Below the pieces are notes generated by a model that made no database searches, was not told the origin of the DNA, and saw nothing but the letters and a program-made list of their open reading frames with translations. A stretch of 63,280 nt of DNA, filler included, from Octopus bimaculoides (lineage: Eukaryota): the NCBI RefSeq assembly GCF_001194135.2. It is 5 parts of 4 records of this genome, joined end to end, with 100 filler letters (N's around TTAATTAATTAA, not from the genome) between each part and the next. Parts side by side here need not be neighbours in the genome. Positions count along the whole stretch, not along the records: positions 1 to 28,478 come from NC_068996.1; 4 more parts are not named here. One strand, written 5' to 3'. Numbering within the stretch: the first letter of the stretch is position 1; the number at the start of each line of letters is the position of its first letter. This document shows, piece by piece, positions 12,350-24,365 of this stretch. A program made the translations under genes and the position numbers.

Positions 12350-12492
12350 CATTGAAAAATACCTTAGGAATGAGAACCCAGGTTCGAAATTTCCCCAAGA
12401 CACCTAATGAAGGCTGGAGGGTATATAAACCAAAACGTTGTGTTAACAACAAACAAGATGAGGACAAATATCCGTCGAATGTAAATAATGTA
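12348..12492 (+). mobile_element. Penelope-like terminal fragment, family E, with inactivated HHR core
   Basis: Closely similar to 37901-38042 and also follows (AAT)n; reads GACAC-CTAATGA-AGGCTGG...AAACC-AAAAC-GTT-GTGTT. Confidence 0.65.
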
Positions 12493-12873
12493 TGTAAATT
12501 GAATCATAATTGAACCTAAGTATGAAACTCTGTCTTATTTAACATTTGTCAAATCCACAATCAGGTCAGAAGTTGTCTCTCGATCATTTAATCTCCAAAC
12601 AATTTTATTTTCCTACCCCAATGGATGTACATTTACCATGTGTAGTTTACTCATCATTTTACAAATATGGCAAAAGATAAATGTTGCTGAAGAATTCAAA
12701 ATAATTTGGAGACATCTCTGCTATACTTGCTAGAAAAATGGAAAATAATAATTTGTTATTAATATTGTTTTTTTTTTTATCTGTTTTCAATAATGGAAGA
12801 AAGTTTCATAAGTTAAGCTTTTTGTTTTTTGTTTCCAGAAAAACTATGAGAGAGTTTTCTTGTGCATTTTCAG

Positions 12874-13024
12874 GGCTTTACAGTTTCCACCAGAAGGTTG
12901 GATGAGAATGAGACTTTATCATGCTAGCATTACATGGATTACAATTAAACCAGATGGTAAAGTGTCACTAAAGATAGTTGGAGATGCTGGACATATACCA
13001 GCAAACAAATTATCATTTTCTTAA
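12874..13024 (+). CDS. PGAM5: PGAM5 terminal coding exon: (R)ALQFPPEGWMRMRLYHASITWITIKPDGKVSLKIVGDAGHIPANKLSFS*
   Basis: Acceptor TGCATTTTCAG ends 12873; CG+G completes Arg; ALQFPPEGW matches the recalled PGAM5 sequence; TAA at 13022-13024. Confidence 0.96.
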
Positions 13025-13043
13025 AAGCAGTGTACTATAAAAA

Positions 13044-13049
13044 AATAAA
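13044..13049 (+). promoter_or_regulatory. Candidate proximal poly(A) signal for PGAM5
   Basis: AATAAA 20 nt after the stop codon with U-rich sequence downstream. Context is AT-rich, so it may be chance. Confidence 0.3.
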
Positions 13050-14021
13050 TTATTCTTTTAAAGTTTGTACTAACTATTATTTCTATCTTTATTTCTATTA
13101 ACATTGATTAAATTTTTTTTGTTTAAGTTTTTTTTCCATCATATTATCCTTCCATTATAGACCAATTTCATAACATCTTGTTGTTTCTCTGTGAAATATA
13201 TGGTATTCTCTTTCAAAAGTTTACTATTCACTGTGAAAAGAAGTTGCTTAAAGGTTAAAATCCTTTCTACTAAAGGTCCAAGGCCTGGAATATTTTGCAG
13301 GGAAGGGGCTAGTCATTTACACTGACACAATGCTCAGCTGGTACTTATTTCATTGACCCTAAAAGGACAAAAGACAAAGTAGACCTCAGAGGAATCTGAA
13401 CTCTGAATATAAAGACAGAGTAACAATTCTCCCAGCTCACCACCTTTGTCTGGTTTCCTAACAATTCTACCACCTTCTAAAGGGTAATAATGAGATAACA
13501 GTTGTTTTTTTACAAATCTTTTTAATTATTAAATATATGGTGACATATCACACAAAAATCTAATTTAACAGCGAAATCAGTTACATATAGATATGGTTCA
13601 GTATCTTTATTTATTCATAACCATCCAATATTGGTACTTGTGCAGTTATTTTGATGCTACGTTTATACTGGTGTGTATGCAGGCCTAATATAATAGGATG
13701 GAGAATAATCTGCAATGCGCTCATGGTTTCTTTCTACTGATAAGAAAATTACCTGCATCATTACACATGGTCTCCTGTTAATAGCCATGGTCCAGTTTAG
13801 AATCTGAAATGTCAGTTAAGTTTGTCTTTGTTATAATGTTAAGCCATAATGGTTTCATTTTCTGTTTGTTCCAAAAGTAGAACTGAAGGGTTTCATCACA
13901 ATATGGGAGCAGTATTTTATCACTGTTGAGTGAGACCATGCTAATGATAAATGAACAATTAATTTTCTTTGTAGAAAAAAAAAAAAAAATTATAAGTGCA
14001 TTGTAGATAATGATTTGTGCG

Positions 14022-14076
<55 letters not shown>

Positions 14077-14396
14077 CGTAGGTAAAGCAAATTTTAGAGG
14101 TAATACTCGATAATTGTAAGCACCTGTATATGCCAGATTGTGGCCGGGGTGAAAGAATAAATTAAAAACGTAAAAATAAAAACAGAACACAAAGGATTCT
14201 GCGGTACACGTGTTTCAAGCTTTATAGTCGTTGCATCATTATATTGGTATATAATTGATAGACAGGATGGTATAACGCTATCTTCAGCCGCAAATATATT
14301 CTTTCCCAAGTATTACATCACAAAGAAGAAGTCACCAAGAAAAAAGTAAAAGAGGGAGAAACATGAGAGATAAAAAGGGGGAGTCCACTTGGTATT
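14077..14396 (-). mobile_element. Penelope-like pseudo-LTR, family A (left inverted copy)
   Basis: 14157-14396 is the reverse complement of 16093-16330; the minus-strand 3' end runs into (TA)n; contains an HHR motif. Confidence 0.7.
14198..14294 (-). ncRNA. Type I hammerhead ribozyme motif, family A, canonical core
   Basis: Minus strand: TTTGCGG / CTGAAGA / TAGCGTTATA-44 nt-TATAAAGCTT / GAA / ACACGTGT (palindromic stem III) / A (GUA triplet) / CCGCAGA. Stem I is 7 bp with one G-U. Confidence 0.75.
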
Positions 14397-15074
14397 ATCC
14401 ATTGTAATATGTTTATCCTTTAAGTTGATACATTTACATAAAAGTTCATCGGTATTCCGGAATTCTGTCCATATTGTGCCACAATTCAGGGTAGAGTGAA
14501 TGCTAAATAAACAATACTAGCTTATATGAGCTAGAAGGAGAGGGTCCAAAAAAGGAAGAAGTTGGCGGTTAAAACAATATAAAATACGAAGAAAAATACA
14601 CATGTTAGTACAAAAACAATGGAAGTCAAATCGGGGCGGGGGGATATAAGAAAAAATCCGGATAGTAAAGTAAGATGCATATAAGGTATTTAGAAGGGTT
14701 AGGTGGTAAAATATAAAATTAAAGAAATAAAATAACAGAGTTAAAAAGAAGGGGGATAAGAAAAAACCTAAAAGTAGAAAAAAAAGATTATTAAAGATAA
14801 ATAAAGAGAGATAAAGAGATCTTAAAGGGTGAGGTCGTAAATGAGAGATGTACATGATGCTGTGTCGGCCCAGACTAGTGGTGGGTCATAAATAAATAAC
14901 GTCAGGCTAAAGAAAACTTGAAATATGATATTCTTGTGGTGAGTGGTCAGTTTGGCCGAACTACAACTTAAGTATACGAACTTATCTATTATATTGGTAC
15001 ATACACTTATCTAGAGGATAAAAGGATGATGGAAGTGGAAAATGGTAATTAGAACATATTCAGGAAACAACTTC

Positions 15075-15390
15075 TATCTCATTCCAGGGTGAAAAACTAG
15101 AGGTAGTCGATAGCTTCCGCTATCTGGGCGACCAAGTTAGTAGTGGGGGTGGGTGCGCTGAAAGTGTAGCTGCTAGAATAAGAATAGCCTGGGCAAAGTT
15201 TAGAGAGCTCTTACCCCTGCTGGCGACAAAGGGACTCTCACTCAGAGTAAAAGGCAGACTGTATGACGCATGCGTACGAACAACCATGCTACATGGCAGT
15301 GAAACATGGGCTGTAACTGCTGAGGACATACGTAAGCTCGCAAGGAATGAAGCCAGTATGCTCCGTTGGATGTGTAATGTCAATGTGAAT
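15075..15390 (+). mobile_element. RTE LINE ORF fragment (RT C-terminal region)
   Basis: Open frame GEKLEVVDSFRYLGDQVSSGGG...RIRIAWAKFRELLPLL...LYDACVRTTMLHGSETW...MLRWMCNV; truncated by a gap. Confidence 0.85.
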
Positions 15391-15892
15391 NNNNNNNNNN
15401 NNNNNNNNNNNNNNNNNNNNNNNNNNNNNNNNNNNNNNNNNNNNNNNNNNNNNNNNNNNNNNNNNNNNNNNNNNNNNNNNNNNNNNNNNNNNNNNNNNNN
15501 NNNNNNNNNNNNNNNNNNNNNNNNNNNNNNNNNNNNNNNNNNNNNNNNNNNNNNNNNNNNNNNNNNNNNNNNNNNNNNNNNNNNNNNNNNNNNNNNNNNN
15601 NNNNNNNNNNNNNNNNNNNNNNNNNNNNNNNNNNNNNNNNNNNNNNNNNNNNNNNNNNNNNNNNNNNNNNNNNNNNNNNNNNNNNNNNNNNNNNNNNNNN
15701 NNNNNNNNNNNNNNNNNNNNNNNNNNNNNNNNNNNNNNNNNNNNNNNNNNNNNNNNNNNNNNNNNNNNNNNNNNNNNNNNNNNNNNNNNNNNNNNNNNNN
15801 NNNNNNNNNNNNNATATATAGAAAATATAAAGGGGAAAACTAGGGTTGGAAGTTAAAATTCAAAATACAAAGCATTGGGAACACTTCAACCG

Positions 15893-16043
15893 TAGTAATA
15901 TAGTATAATAGTAATATAGTATAATAGTAATATTGTATAATAGTAATATAGTATAATAGTAATATAGTATAATAGTAATATAGTATAATAGTAATATAGT
16001 ATAATAGTAATATTGTATAATAGTAATATAGTATAATAGTAAT
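15893..16043. repeat. 16-bp minisatellite (AGTAATATAGTATAAT)n, about 9 copies
   Basis: Direct inspection; explains the spurious poly-Y/I/L ORF at 15860-16093. Confidence 0.9.
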
Positions 16044-16092
16044 ATCATATTACATAATGTGATAGTGATAAGAAATAACAACACCAGCCGCA

Positions 16093-16326
16093 AATACCAA
16101 GTGGACCCTCACTTTTTATCTCTCATGTTTCTCCCTCTTTTTCTTTTTTCTTGGTGACTTCTTCTTTGTGATGTAATACTTGGGAAAGAATATATTTGCG
16201 GCTGAAGACAGCGTTATACCATCCTGTCTATCAATTATATACCCATATAATGATGCAACGACTATAAAGCTTGAAACACGTGTTCCACGGAATCCTTTGT
16301 GTTCTGTTTTTATTTTTACGGCTTTA

Positions 16327-16330
<4 letters not shown>
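16093..16330 (+). mobile_element. Penelope-like pseudo-LTR, family A (right inverted copy), HHR at 16194-16290
   Basis: TTTGCGG-CTGAAGA(16202-16208)...GAAAC(16273-16277)ACGTGT-T-CCACGG; GUU triplet and a stem I mismatch; ends in (TA)n. Confidence 0.7.
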
Positions 16331-16370
<40 letters not shown>

Positions 16371-17179
16371 GGTGAATTGGGATGTGTAACATGAAACATA
16401 TAAACTACACAATAAATGCAGTTAGCTAACTTTCTTCTTTGATGTTCTTTTATTGTATATCATTATTATACACACGCATGCACACACGTACCTCATTATT
16501 ATAGCAAGTGTGTGCTAATATGTATATAACCATCATCATTGTTTTTACTTCCATTTTTTTCCCATGTCAGAATGGAATGAGTGAGAGTTTGTTGAGACAG
16601 TTTTCTGCATGTCCTTATGTCATAAACTCTTGTTTTAAGTTTTATTTGTTACCCTAGTCTTTCACTTATTGAACTCTACAACAGTTGAACATATAATCTC
16701 GAGTGGGTAAATGTGTGACAAGCCTTGTATACACTGAAGACAAAATCTTCATTGGTGACAGTGACTTAAGAAACTCAGTTTACATATGTATATATATTCC
16801 AGGATGATGATAATGAGGAGGAGGGGGAGAAGTATCGATGCAGGAACACATCTTTATGAAGCTCAATCTTCTCAAATCTCATTTTACCATGAACTTGTGT
16901 TTTTTTTATCTATGTTTATTTTTAAATAAAAATTTAATTATGATTTAGTTGTTTACAAATATAGTATTGAATTCTTTGTTAATTCTATATAATTTTGTTT
17001 TAAATTAAATCTTAATGATCTGAACAATTTTACAAAATTTCTTCTAGTTTCAGTTATATGTGTTGTTCAGTTTTCTTGTAAAAATATTAATATACTTAAT
17101 GTCAGTGCATAACTGTTTCTTGAATAAATCAATACCAAATTATTGATTCAAATTTGTTTTAATCCATCTGACAAGTATA

Positions 17180-18050
17180 CTGAGAATACCCTGGCCTTCC
17201 TATGAGTTTACCAAATCCAAGATGAGAATAAGTCGCCTACTTTATATGGATGACATCAAGCAGTATACAAAAGCTGAGACAAACCTGGATTCTCTAGTCC
17301 AAACAGTGAAAATATTCAGTAGAGACACTGGAATGGAGTTTGGGGTAGATAAGGGCATGCTATTAATTAGGAAGAGAGACTGGAAGATAGTCTGATGGCA
17401 TAAGATTACCACAAGAGAACATCATTAGATCATTGTGGAATAATGAAGGATACATATACCTAGGAGTACTGCAAAATGTTAAGATGAGGAAAAGAGAAAC
17501 AAGAGAGAAAGTCACTAAAGAGTACAAGAGAAGAATTAGGAAGGGGCTCAAAACAAGAAGTGAATGGTGGAAACATCATTAAAACCATAAATACATGTTC
17601 TACACCAGTATTGAGATGCTCTGTCCCCCTTTCTGAAATGGGCAAAAGTCAAGCTACAGAACTTGGATATAAGAACAAAAACGCTATTAGCAATGCACTC
17701 AGTAAGACTGACTGACTTTATCTATCAAGATGGGAAGGTGGTTGAGAATTACTAACACAAAAGACACTGTTCATATTGTGGCATTGTCGTCCTGTGCAAA
17801 GTAAAGAATGAATAGTTTTGGCATCTAGAGATATCCAAAATGTGACTGAAACAGAAGAAGAATTCAAAGGGAAAGCAAAGCAACAGAAACAAATGAAAAG
17901 AAATGGAATTGCACGGCCCATTCATGCAACAAACCGACCAAGTTGGAAGTAAGGATCACTAGCTTTGGCTGCTAGACAGGAAGTTGAAACAAGAGGCAGA
18001 AACACTAATTACAGCCACTCGGGAACAAAAGTTCTGATAAAAGTACAATG
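17180..18050 (+). mobile_element. R4/Dong-clade non-LTR retrotransposon RT remnant
   Basis: LLYMDDIKQY...VKIFSRDTGMEFGVDK, then ..YLGVLQ..; same family type as 36328-37850; frameshifted. Confidence 0.75.
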
Positions 18051-19525
18051 AATAGGAGAGAGCTACTATCATCTTTAGTTACATTAGCAGCACAGTATAA
18101 TGGTTGAAAGAGAATGAATGACAGAGGGATGAGAAGTTGGCATGGGGTAGCAGTAGATTCAGATATTGGGCAAGGGACCCATATGTAGATATGTATACCA
18201 TACATCACCTCCATTACTAACACTATTTTAAATATTCATTTTGCTCTAATTGCTTGGATGGGCATATATTTTCTAATAATGTATGTCACCATCATCTCAG
18301 TCCTTTGTCATCTCCTCTGAGGCTTGGCATATTGTGATCAGACTTCTCCAATCTATCTAATGTCATTTTCCTCATGTTTTGTTCACTTTAAACAGCTTGC
18401 ATTTCTTTATCTGGCTCCTGCCTTGCACCTTCATCACATGTCAGTCTCCACACAGTCTTCTCTCTTGTACACTAGACTTCATTTCTCATACCTTTTCTCT
18501 TTTCTCTGTTACTTGTTTCAGTCATTGGACTGCAGCCATTGTTGAATTTTAGTCAAGAGAATTGATGCCAGTACTTCTATTGTTTCCAAGCCTGGTACAT
18601 ATTCTATCATTCACTTTTGCCAGACTGCTAAGTTATGGGAACATAACACTGGTTGTCAGGCAGTAGTGGGAGACAAACGTAGATAGAAAGACATACACCC
18701 AGGGTAAGACGGGCTTCTCTTAGAGGCCTGCAAAATTTTAAGTTGCAAAGAGCTGAATCATACGGTTTTTAATAATATACATATATATAAATCTATGTGT
18801 GTGAGAGAGACAGGCTTCTTTCAGTTTCTGTCTAATAAATCCACTCACAAAGCTTTGGTTAATTGGAGACTATAGTCAAAGACATATACCCAAGGCGCCA
18901 CACAGTAGGACTGAACCTGGAACCATGTGGTTGGGAAGCAAACTTCTTACCACACAGCCGTGCCTGCACCTGTATTCAGTTTTCCACTCAGTTCATTTGT
19001 ACTCTGCTGTTCATCTATACTGACACTACACACCTAGAACAGCATGCTCATTTCTTTCTACCTTTCCCAAATCACCTATATTTAAGGCAAAATGTAAACT
19101 TTATACACAAACATTACGTCATCTGTTTTTTATTCTGAAAGAGAAATCCATTGTTATCAGCAGAGTTAAATAGCTCTTTCAAATTTCTCCAACTGATTCT
19201 TAGTCTGGCTACTATTTAGTTGGAACACCCTCCTCCACTCCTAATAAGGTCATTTTAGTAACAGAAACCATCAGCTAATTCTAGGGTATGTCCAAAGTAT
19301 TTGAGAGACTCTGTTTGTCATGCACTCTTAGTGCTTATTGCTCCTGTGCTTAAGCAAAGTCTGCCTGCAAATTTATCTGAATTTCTTGGCAAGTCTCTAT
19401 AGTAATTTCAAACTCTCAGTAAAGATTGAAACTTTCAGGAAGTTTGTGAAGTGTTGTTACATGATTAGTGGTACATCGTCATCTCTAATTCATCAGTATC
19501 TCTTAAAAATACAGCAATTAATATA

Positions 19526-19757
19526 CAGGGTGGTGCAAAAGTAGGTATACAGTTATGGAAAGAAAAAAAAACACGTACAGTACTCATTTATTTTTATCAA
19601 AAAAAATTAAAAGTTACAATAAAAGTATTAATATGATTAATGACACTGAAACTATCCAAAATGAGGTTAACTAATTTAATGAGCTAATAATTATAATGAA
19701 GTAAGTATTATAACACTGTTGTGATACTTACTGTTTACCTATTTTTGCACCTGGCTG
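19526..19757. mobile_element. Tc1/mariner MITE
   Basis: TIRs CAGGGTGGTGCAAAAGTAGGTATACAG / CTGTTTACCTATTTTTGCACCTGGCTG with TA on both sides. Confidence 0.8.
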
Positions 19758-20689
19758 TATATGTAGCACACAATCAAGCCAAGTCTACCATTCTTGCCAA
19801 AAAGAATAGTGAAATATTGGAAATACCTCACTTTGCTTCCACTGTGTCTATAATTGCCAAAACAACACCTACAATTGCTGCAAGTGCCTTAGATACTGAT
19901 TGTAATACCTTTTGGAAGGAAAGTAATCTTTGTCCAAAGTCAGTAACAAACATTGAGATACATGATGTCAAACAAACCACTGGCTGCTATTTTTGCATCT
20001 TGTGCTCTTAATACTACTGTATCACAAAGTTTATGGTTTGCTGAGGGGGAAGTGATAATCAACAATCGTACTCGTTCTCTATATATCAACTCTTTTAACC
20101 CTTGAAATGTTATTTGCTCAGATAAACTAATTTCCTGTTACTCCACATCAACCATGTATGATTCAAACTAATTTAAATACTAAAATTATTGATACTTGCA
20201 ATGCTGGTGTAGCACAACCCAGTCAGTTCAGTAACAGGGAAAAAGGCCACAGTATTTCAAGGATCCATTTTTGGTAGTGACTGTCCTTATCAGGTGATCT
20301 TGACCCATATTTCAGCAAATCATTGTTCCAATGCATTTGTTTGGTGGCAAGATTAATGGAAAATTCTTTGCAATTTGACACCAAATTATGGTTATAAATC
20401 GAAATGCACAGGAAATACAAGCCAGAGGATTCATAGAGGTTTCCTTGGTTAACTGGTAGTTATGCCATTCCAACTTCTTGCATAAAAAAGATCACATGTC
20501 ACTAAGCATGAAAACATAACATTTTCTTCTTTTGCCAAGCATGCATTTTCACATACTGAGCTAATGATATTCAGCTTAACAGCTTTTTGTAAAGTAACAA
20601 TCTTAACGTCAATCTGTAAATAAAATGGTAATAAAATTCAAATATTGTGATGAAGTTTTATTTGGGAGTAGCATGCTGCCAGACCATTC

Positions 20690-20940
20690 ACTACACCAGC
20701 AGTGCACTTTCGTGCAGCTCGCTTAAGTTCTTCATGCTGGATACGTGCTCTCTCAAAAGTGTCGATCCCTCCTTAACCTGCTTCCTCCATCTGTGGCGAT
20801 GACAGGCGTTGTTCTCCCAGTCATTCTGAATGTTGGCTGGACGTTAAAAATCCAGACACACAGGTCCTGAGGATAGCTGATATCTTGAGTATTGAGGCGA
20901 TGGTGTACAAGCACCAGTCATGTTGGACTGGACACCTTAT
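20690..20940. mobile_element. RTE-BovB-like ORF fragments joined head-to-head
   Basis: Minus 20820-20690: WENNACHRHRWRKQVKEG/IDTFERARIQHEELKRAARK. Plus 20822-20940: ILNVGW../PDTQVLRIADILSIEAMVYKHQSCWTGHL. Confidence 0.6.
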
Positions 20941-21094
20941 TATATATACATACATACATCAGGTATATATGCCTGGTGTTTAGCTTCTATTCTAACTCCT
21001 TGATGTAATTCTCTGTTGACATTTTTCTTTTGGGCTTTCCAAGCCTATCTCTTAGCCTTGATGGCTATATCCACTGTACTATTCCATCACTGAA

Positions 21095-21370
21095 GGCCCG
21101 TGGCTGAGTGGTTAGGGCATTCGGCTCACGATCGTAAGGTCGTAAGTTCAATTCCCGGCGACGCGTTGTGTCATTGAGCAAGACACTTTATTTTCACATT
21201 GCTCCAGTCCACTCATCTGGCAAAAATGAGTAGTACCTGTATTTCAAATGGGCCAGCCTTGTCACACTGTGTGTCACACTGAATATCCCCGAGAACTACG
21301 TTAGGGGTACACGTGTCTGTGGAGTGCTCAGTCACTTGCACCTTAATTTCACGAGCAAGCTGTTCCGTTG
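21095..21370 (+). mobile_element. tRNA-derived SINE (same family as 865-1175)
   Basis: GGCCCGTGGCTGAGTGGTTAGGGCATTCGGCTCACGATCGTAAGGTCGTAAGTTCAATTCCCGG head with A/B boxes, followed by the body. Confidence 0.8.
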
Positions 21371-21939
21371 TGTTCTTTTCCATCACTATGTTACCTTCCT
21401 TCTGGCTGGAATCTTGCAGCATCTGCAGATCTCATTTGTAGCCCACAAGAAACCTTATAAGAAACATGGTTGTTGTCTAGTTTATAAGTTACCAATTCTA
21501 TTTTCCCTGTGTCAGCTTCTTCAACTCTAAAATCCTGGCTGTTTGAAGGTTCTTTAAACTTATATATTTTCCTTTTTCATGCTTTCTTGTATCTTTGTGC
21601 TTGTCAAGCTTTTACTCTGAAGTAACTACAACTCAATGTGTGGCATTTTTAAAAAGTCTTTTTGTTTGATAGAATATTGTGGCCTTTTTTAGTTTGCAAC
21701 TTTCTGATAAAAAGTAGAATATTCGTGTGCTGAGAGGGATTGGTTGTAAGTGTTTAGAAGCTTTCAGATTATTCCAACTTTTATATTCTTCTCCAAAGTA
21801 TTCACTTACATCGTATCAGTGTTGATAAAAACAAGTACCAGTAATATGCTGAGATAAAATAAATTTCATAATAGTCATCTTCTACCTTGGAAATAAAAAT
21901 ACAAAAGACACATACAATTTATGCACAGACACACCCACC

Positions 21940-21972
<33 letters not shown>

Positions 21973-22384
21973 ACAAAAATACGCATGCACACACACACAT
22001 GCACACACACACACAAACATGCACACGCACACACGCATGCTCGCACGCACTCCCCACACACACAAAAGTAAATATCAAAATAAAATCAAATAAGCAAAAG
22101 AGGTTAAAGACTGGGTGTGTATGCAAGAATGTTTAATCGAAGTTAAAATAACATAAATAATAAAAAAAAAAAAATTGCTGCTACTGTTGCCACTGTTGAT
22201 ACCATTCAGCTGGTGTTTTTGTTAAGAGTGTGTTAATGACACTCGAGTCATTATTGACTTAAAAATCCTCATACAGGTGTATGAATGTATGTGTGTGTGT
22301 GTGTGTGTAAAATGATGATATATATATATATATATATATACACGCGCGCGCGCGCACACACATACACACACACACACACGCACA

Positions 22385-22568
22385 CGAAGGTGTACTGAAA
22401 AGTTCCTGGCTCTGGGTAAAAGAAAATACAGGAGCACCAGTTATGATTTTATCCAACATATTCCCCTCTCAGATTCACACACTTTTTGTTGTGGTCCTTC
22501 AGTTTTTTTGAATGTTGGGTTGGCCTTTCATGATATCCTTAAAGCCAAGAACTTTTGTGTACCTCTCA
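22385..22568. mobile_element. mariner-type MITE
   Basis: TIRs CGAAGGTGTACTGAAAAGTTCCTGGCT / AGCCAAGAACTTTTGTGTACCTCTCA, TA at the right end. Confidence 0.7.
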
Positions 22569-22628
22569 TAAAAAGGGAGAAAAAGCACATTCTAAGAAGT
22601 AGAGCTGTCTATATTTATTACAGGTAAA

Positions 22629-22885
22629 GGCCAGTTTATAGGGTCACCTTGGGTTTCTCACCATAAAGGGTACATTTATGGCATATTTTTGGACCCTAAC
22701 ACCTGTTGGCCTATGGGCCTCTTTAAAATATAGAGGAGGAAATCAAAGGGATATGATCCCCATTGTTTATATCTGTATCGTTTCCCCTCCGTATTCTAAA
22801 GAGGCTATAGGCCAACAGGTCTTAGGGTCTGAAGATAAAGGGTACTTTTATGATGAGAAACCCAGGGTAACCCTTTAAATTGGCC
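22629..22885. repeat. Foldback element, family B: imperfect inverted arms of about 110 bp, HHR motif in each arm
   Basis: Arms about 22629-22740 and 22770-22885. Right arm on +: AGGGT/CTGAAGA(22829-35)/hairpin/GAA/ACCCAGGGT/A/ACCCT. Left arm core decayed to CCAAAAA. Confidence 0.75.
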
Positions 22886-23344
22886 TTCACCAGGAATAAC
22901 TAAATATATATATATATATATATATATACATGTGTATATATATATATATATATTTATTTATATATACATGTGTATATATGTACACATGGGTGTGTGTGTG
23001 TGTGTGTGTGTGTGTGAGCATATGTCTATGACCATGGGAACCAAACCTCACTGGTTTATCTAGTTTATCGAGGATACACAAAACAGGCAGAAAAGATTCT
23101 GCCATAGAAATGACATTGCAAAAGACTAATTAGCATTACATTCATGGCTGTTGTCATTTACACTTTTCAATCACTCCAGTCTTTTGTAACAAAAAGTTGA
23201 ATGGTATGGTGTTAACAACGTATACTTCTTGACAAAATGCAGTTCAAATGGCAGAAAGCAGCATACAAATAACGTTGTCTGTACATTGGTGTCACTCTTA
23301 CATTCATCTCTCTTTCACATGTACAATACATATACAATGCATCA

Positions 23345-23706
23345 TTACCTCCGCCTTCGCTAAGGCGGAGGTATTGTTTGCAGTCATGTTTGTATGTCCA
23401 TGGACAAGGTATCTCAAGAACCACTGGATACATTTGGATGAAACTTTCAGGGATGTCTGGCCTCGGGACTGGCATGAACTGATTAGATTTTGGGATCGAT
23501 CTGGTACTGGACAAAGATTCAAGATTATTTTTCCTGTTTTTTAACTTAATTTTTGAGAGCAGTCAAGTTCATTTTTAGTATTCTTGTTTGTGAGAGCCAG
23601 TTGAGTTTATTTCAGATATTCTCATTTTAAAAATCATCCCTGGCTAATTGTTGAGAAGACGTTGGTGTTGCCTTGGCGGAGGTTTGCCCTCTCTGAGTGC
23701 TCTTGT
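23345..23706 (+). mobile_element. Helentron-associated non-autonomous element (DINE-1/HINE-like)
   Basis: 5' hairpin TACCTCCGCCTT-CGCT-AAGGCGGAGGTA, 3' subTIR GGCGGAGGT at 23675-23683, short terminal palindrome GAGTGCTC, T-rich ends. Confidence 0.65.
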
Positions 23707-24365
23707 TATTATTTTATGTTTTTGTTCCATGGGTTGAACATTTGGGCTGAAACCAACAAGACAGCATTGTGCTCCACTGTCTGCTTTGATATATTTTTTT
23801 AATGGTTGGATGCATTCCTAACACCAGCGACTCCACAGCATGTACTGGGTGCTTTTCTTTTAATTTCTTTTGGTACCACTAGTACTTGTGAGATCACCAT
23901 GTAGCTTACGAGACTACAATCTCCGAGATATGTGGTTTTATGTGATTTTATTGTAAAAGATGTGAAGTTAAAATATGACAGAAGGGACCAGAGCAGAACA
24001 ACCTTTGGACTGTAGAGGGGTCACATGGCTGCACACATTTAAAAAAAAAAAAAGGGTGGTGGTGATTAATGTGCAATGGGTAAAAAGACATACCTGGAAC
24101 CATAAGTTTATCTTTAATATCCTTACCCATTCAGCTGTGCGTAACTGAATGGGCAAGAATATTAAAGAACCCCCATGATCTGGGAACATCTTAAATTCCA
24201 GGCCAGAAGTCTTCAGACCCTGATTACACTTCAGGAGATATCTGCAGATAGCAATCTAAGGGAGACAATCTTTTGTGCTTAACCCTTCTCCTTTGTGTGT
24301 TCAACAACTATCCATGTGGTATTTTCTTTCTCCACTCAAACGAAAGGTTATTGGCCATTGGCCAT

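Noticed and set aside
21095-21170. tRNA-like sequences (also 10625, 48357, 61823)
   Set aside because: SINE heads continuous with SINE bodies; no complete cloverleaf with paired acceptor stem.
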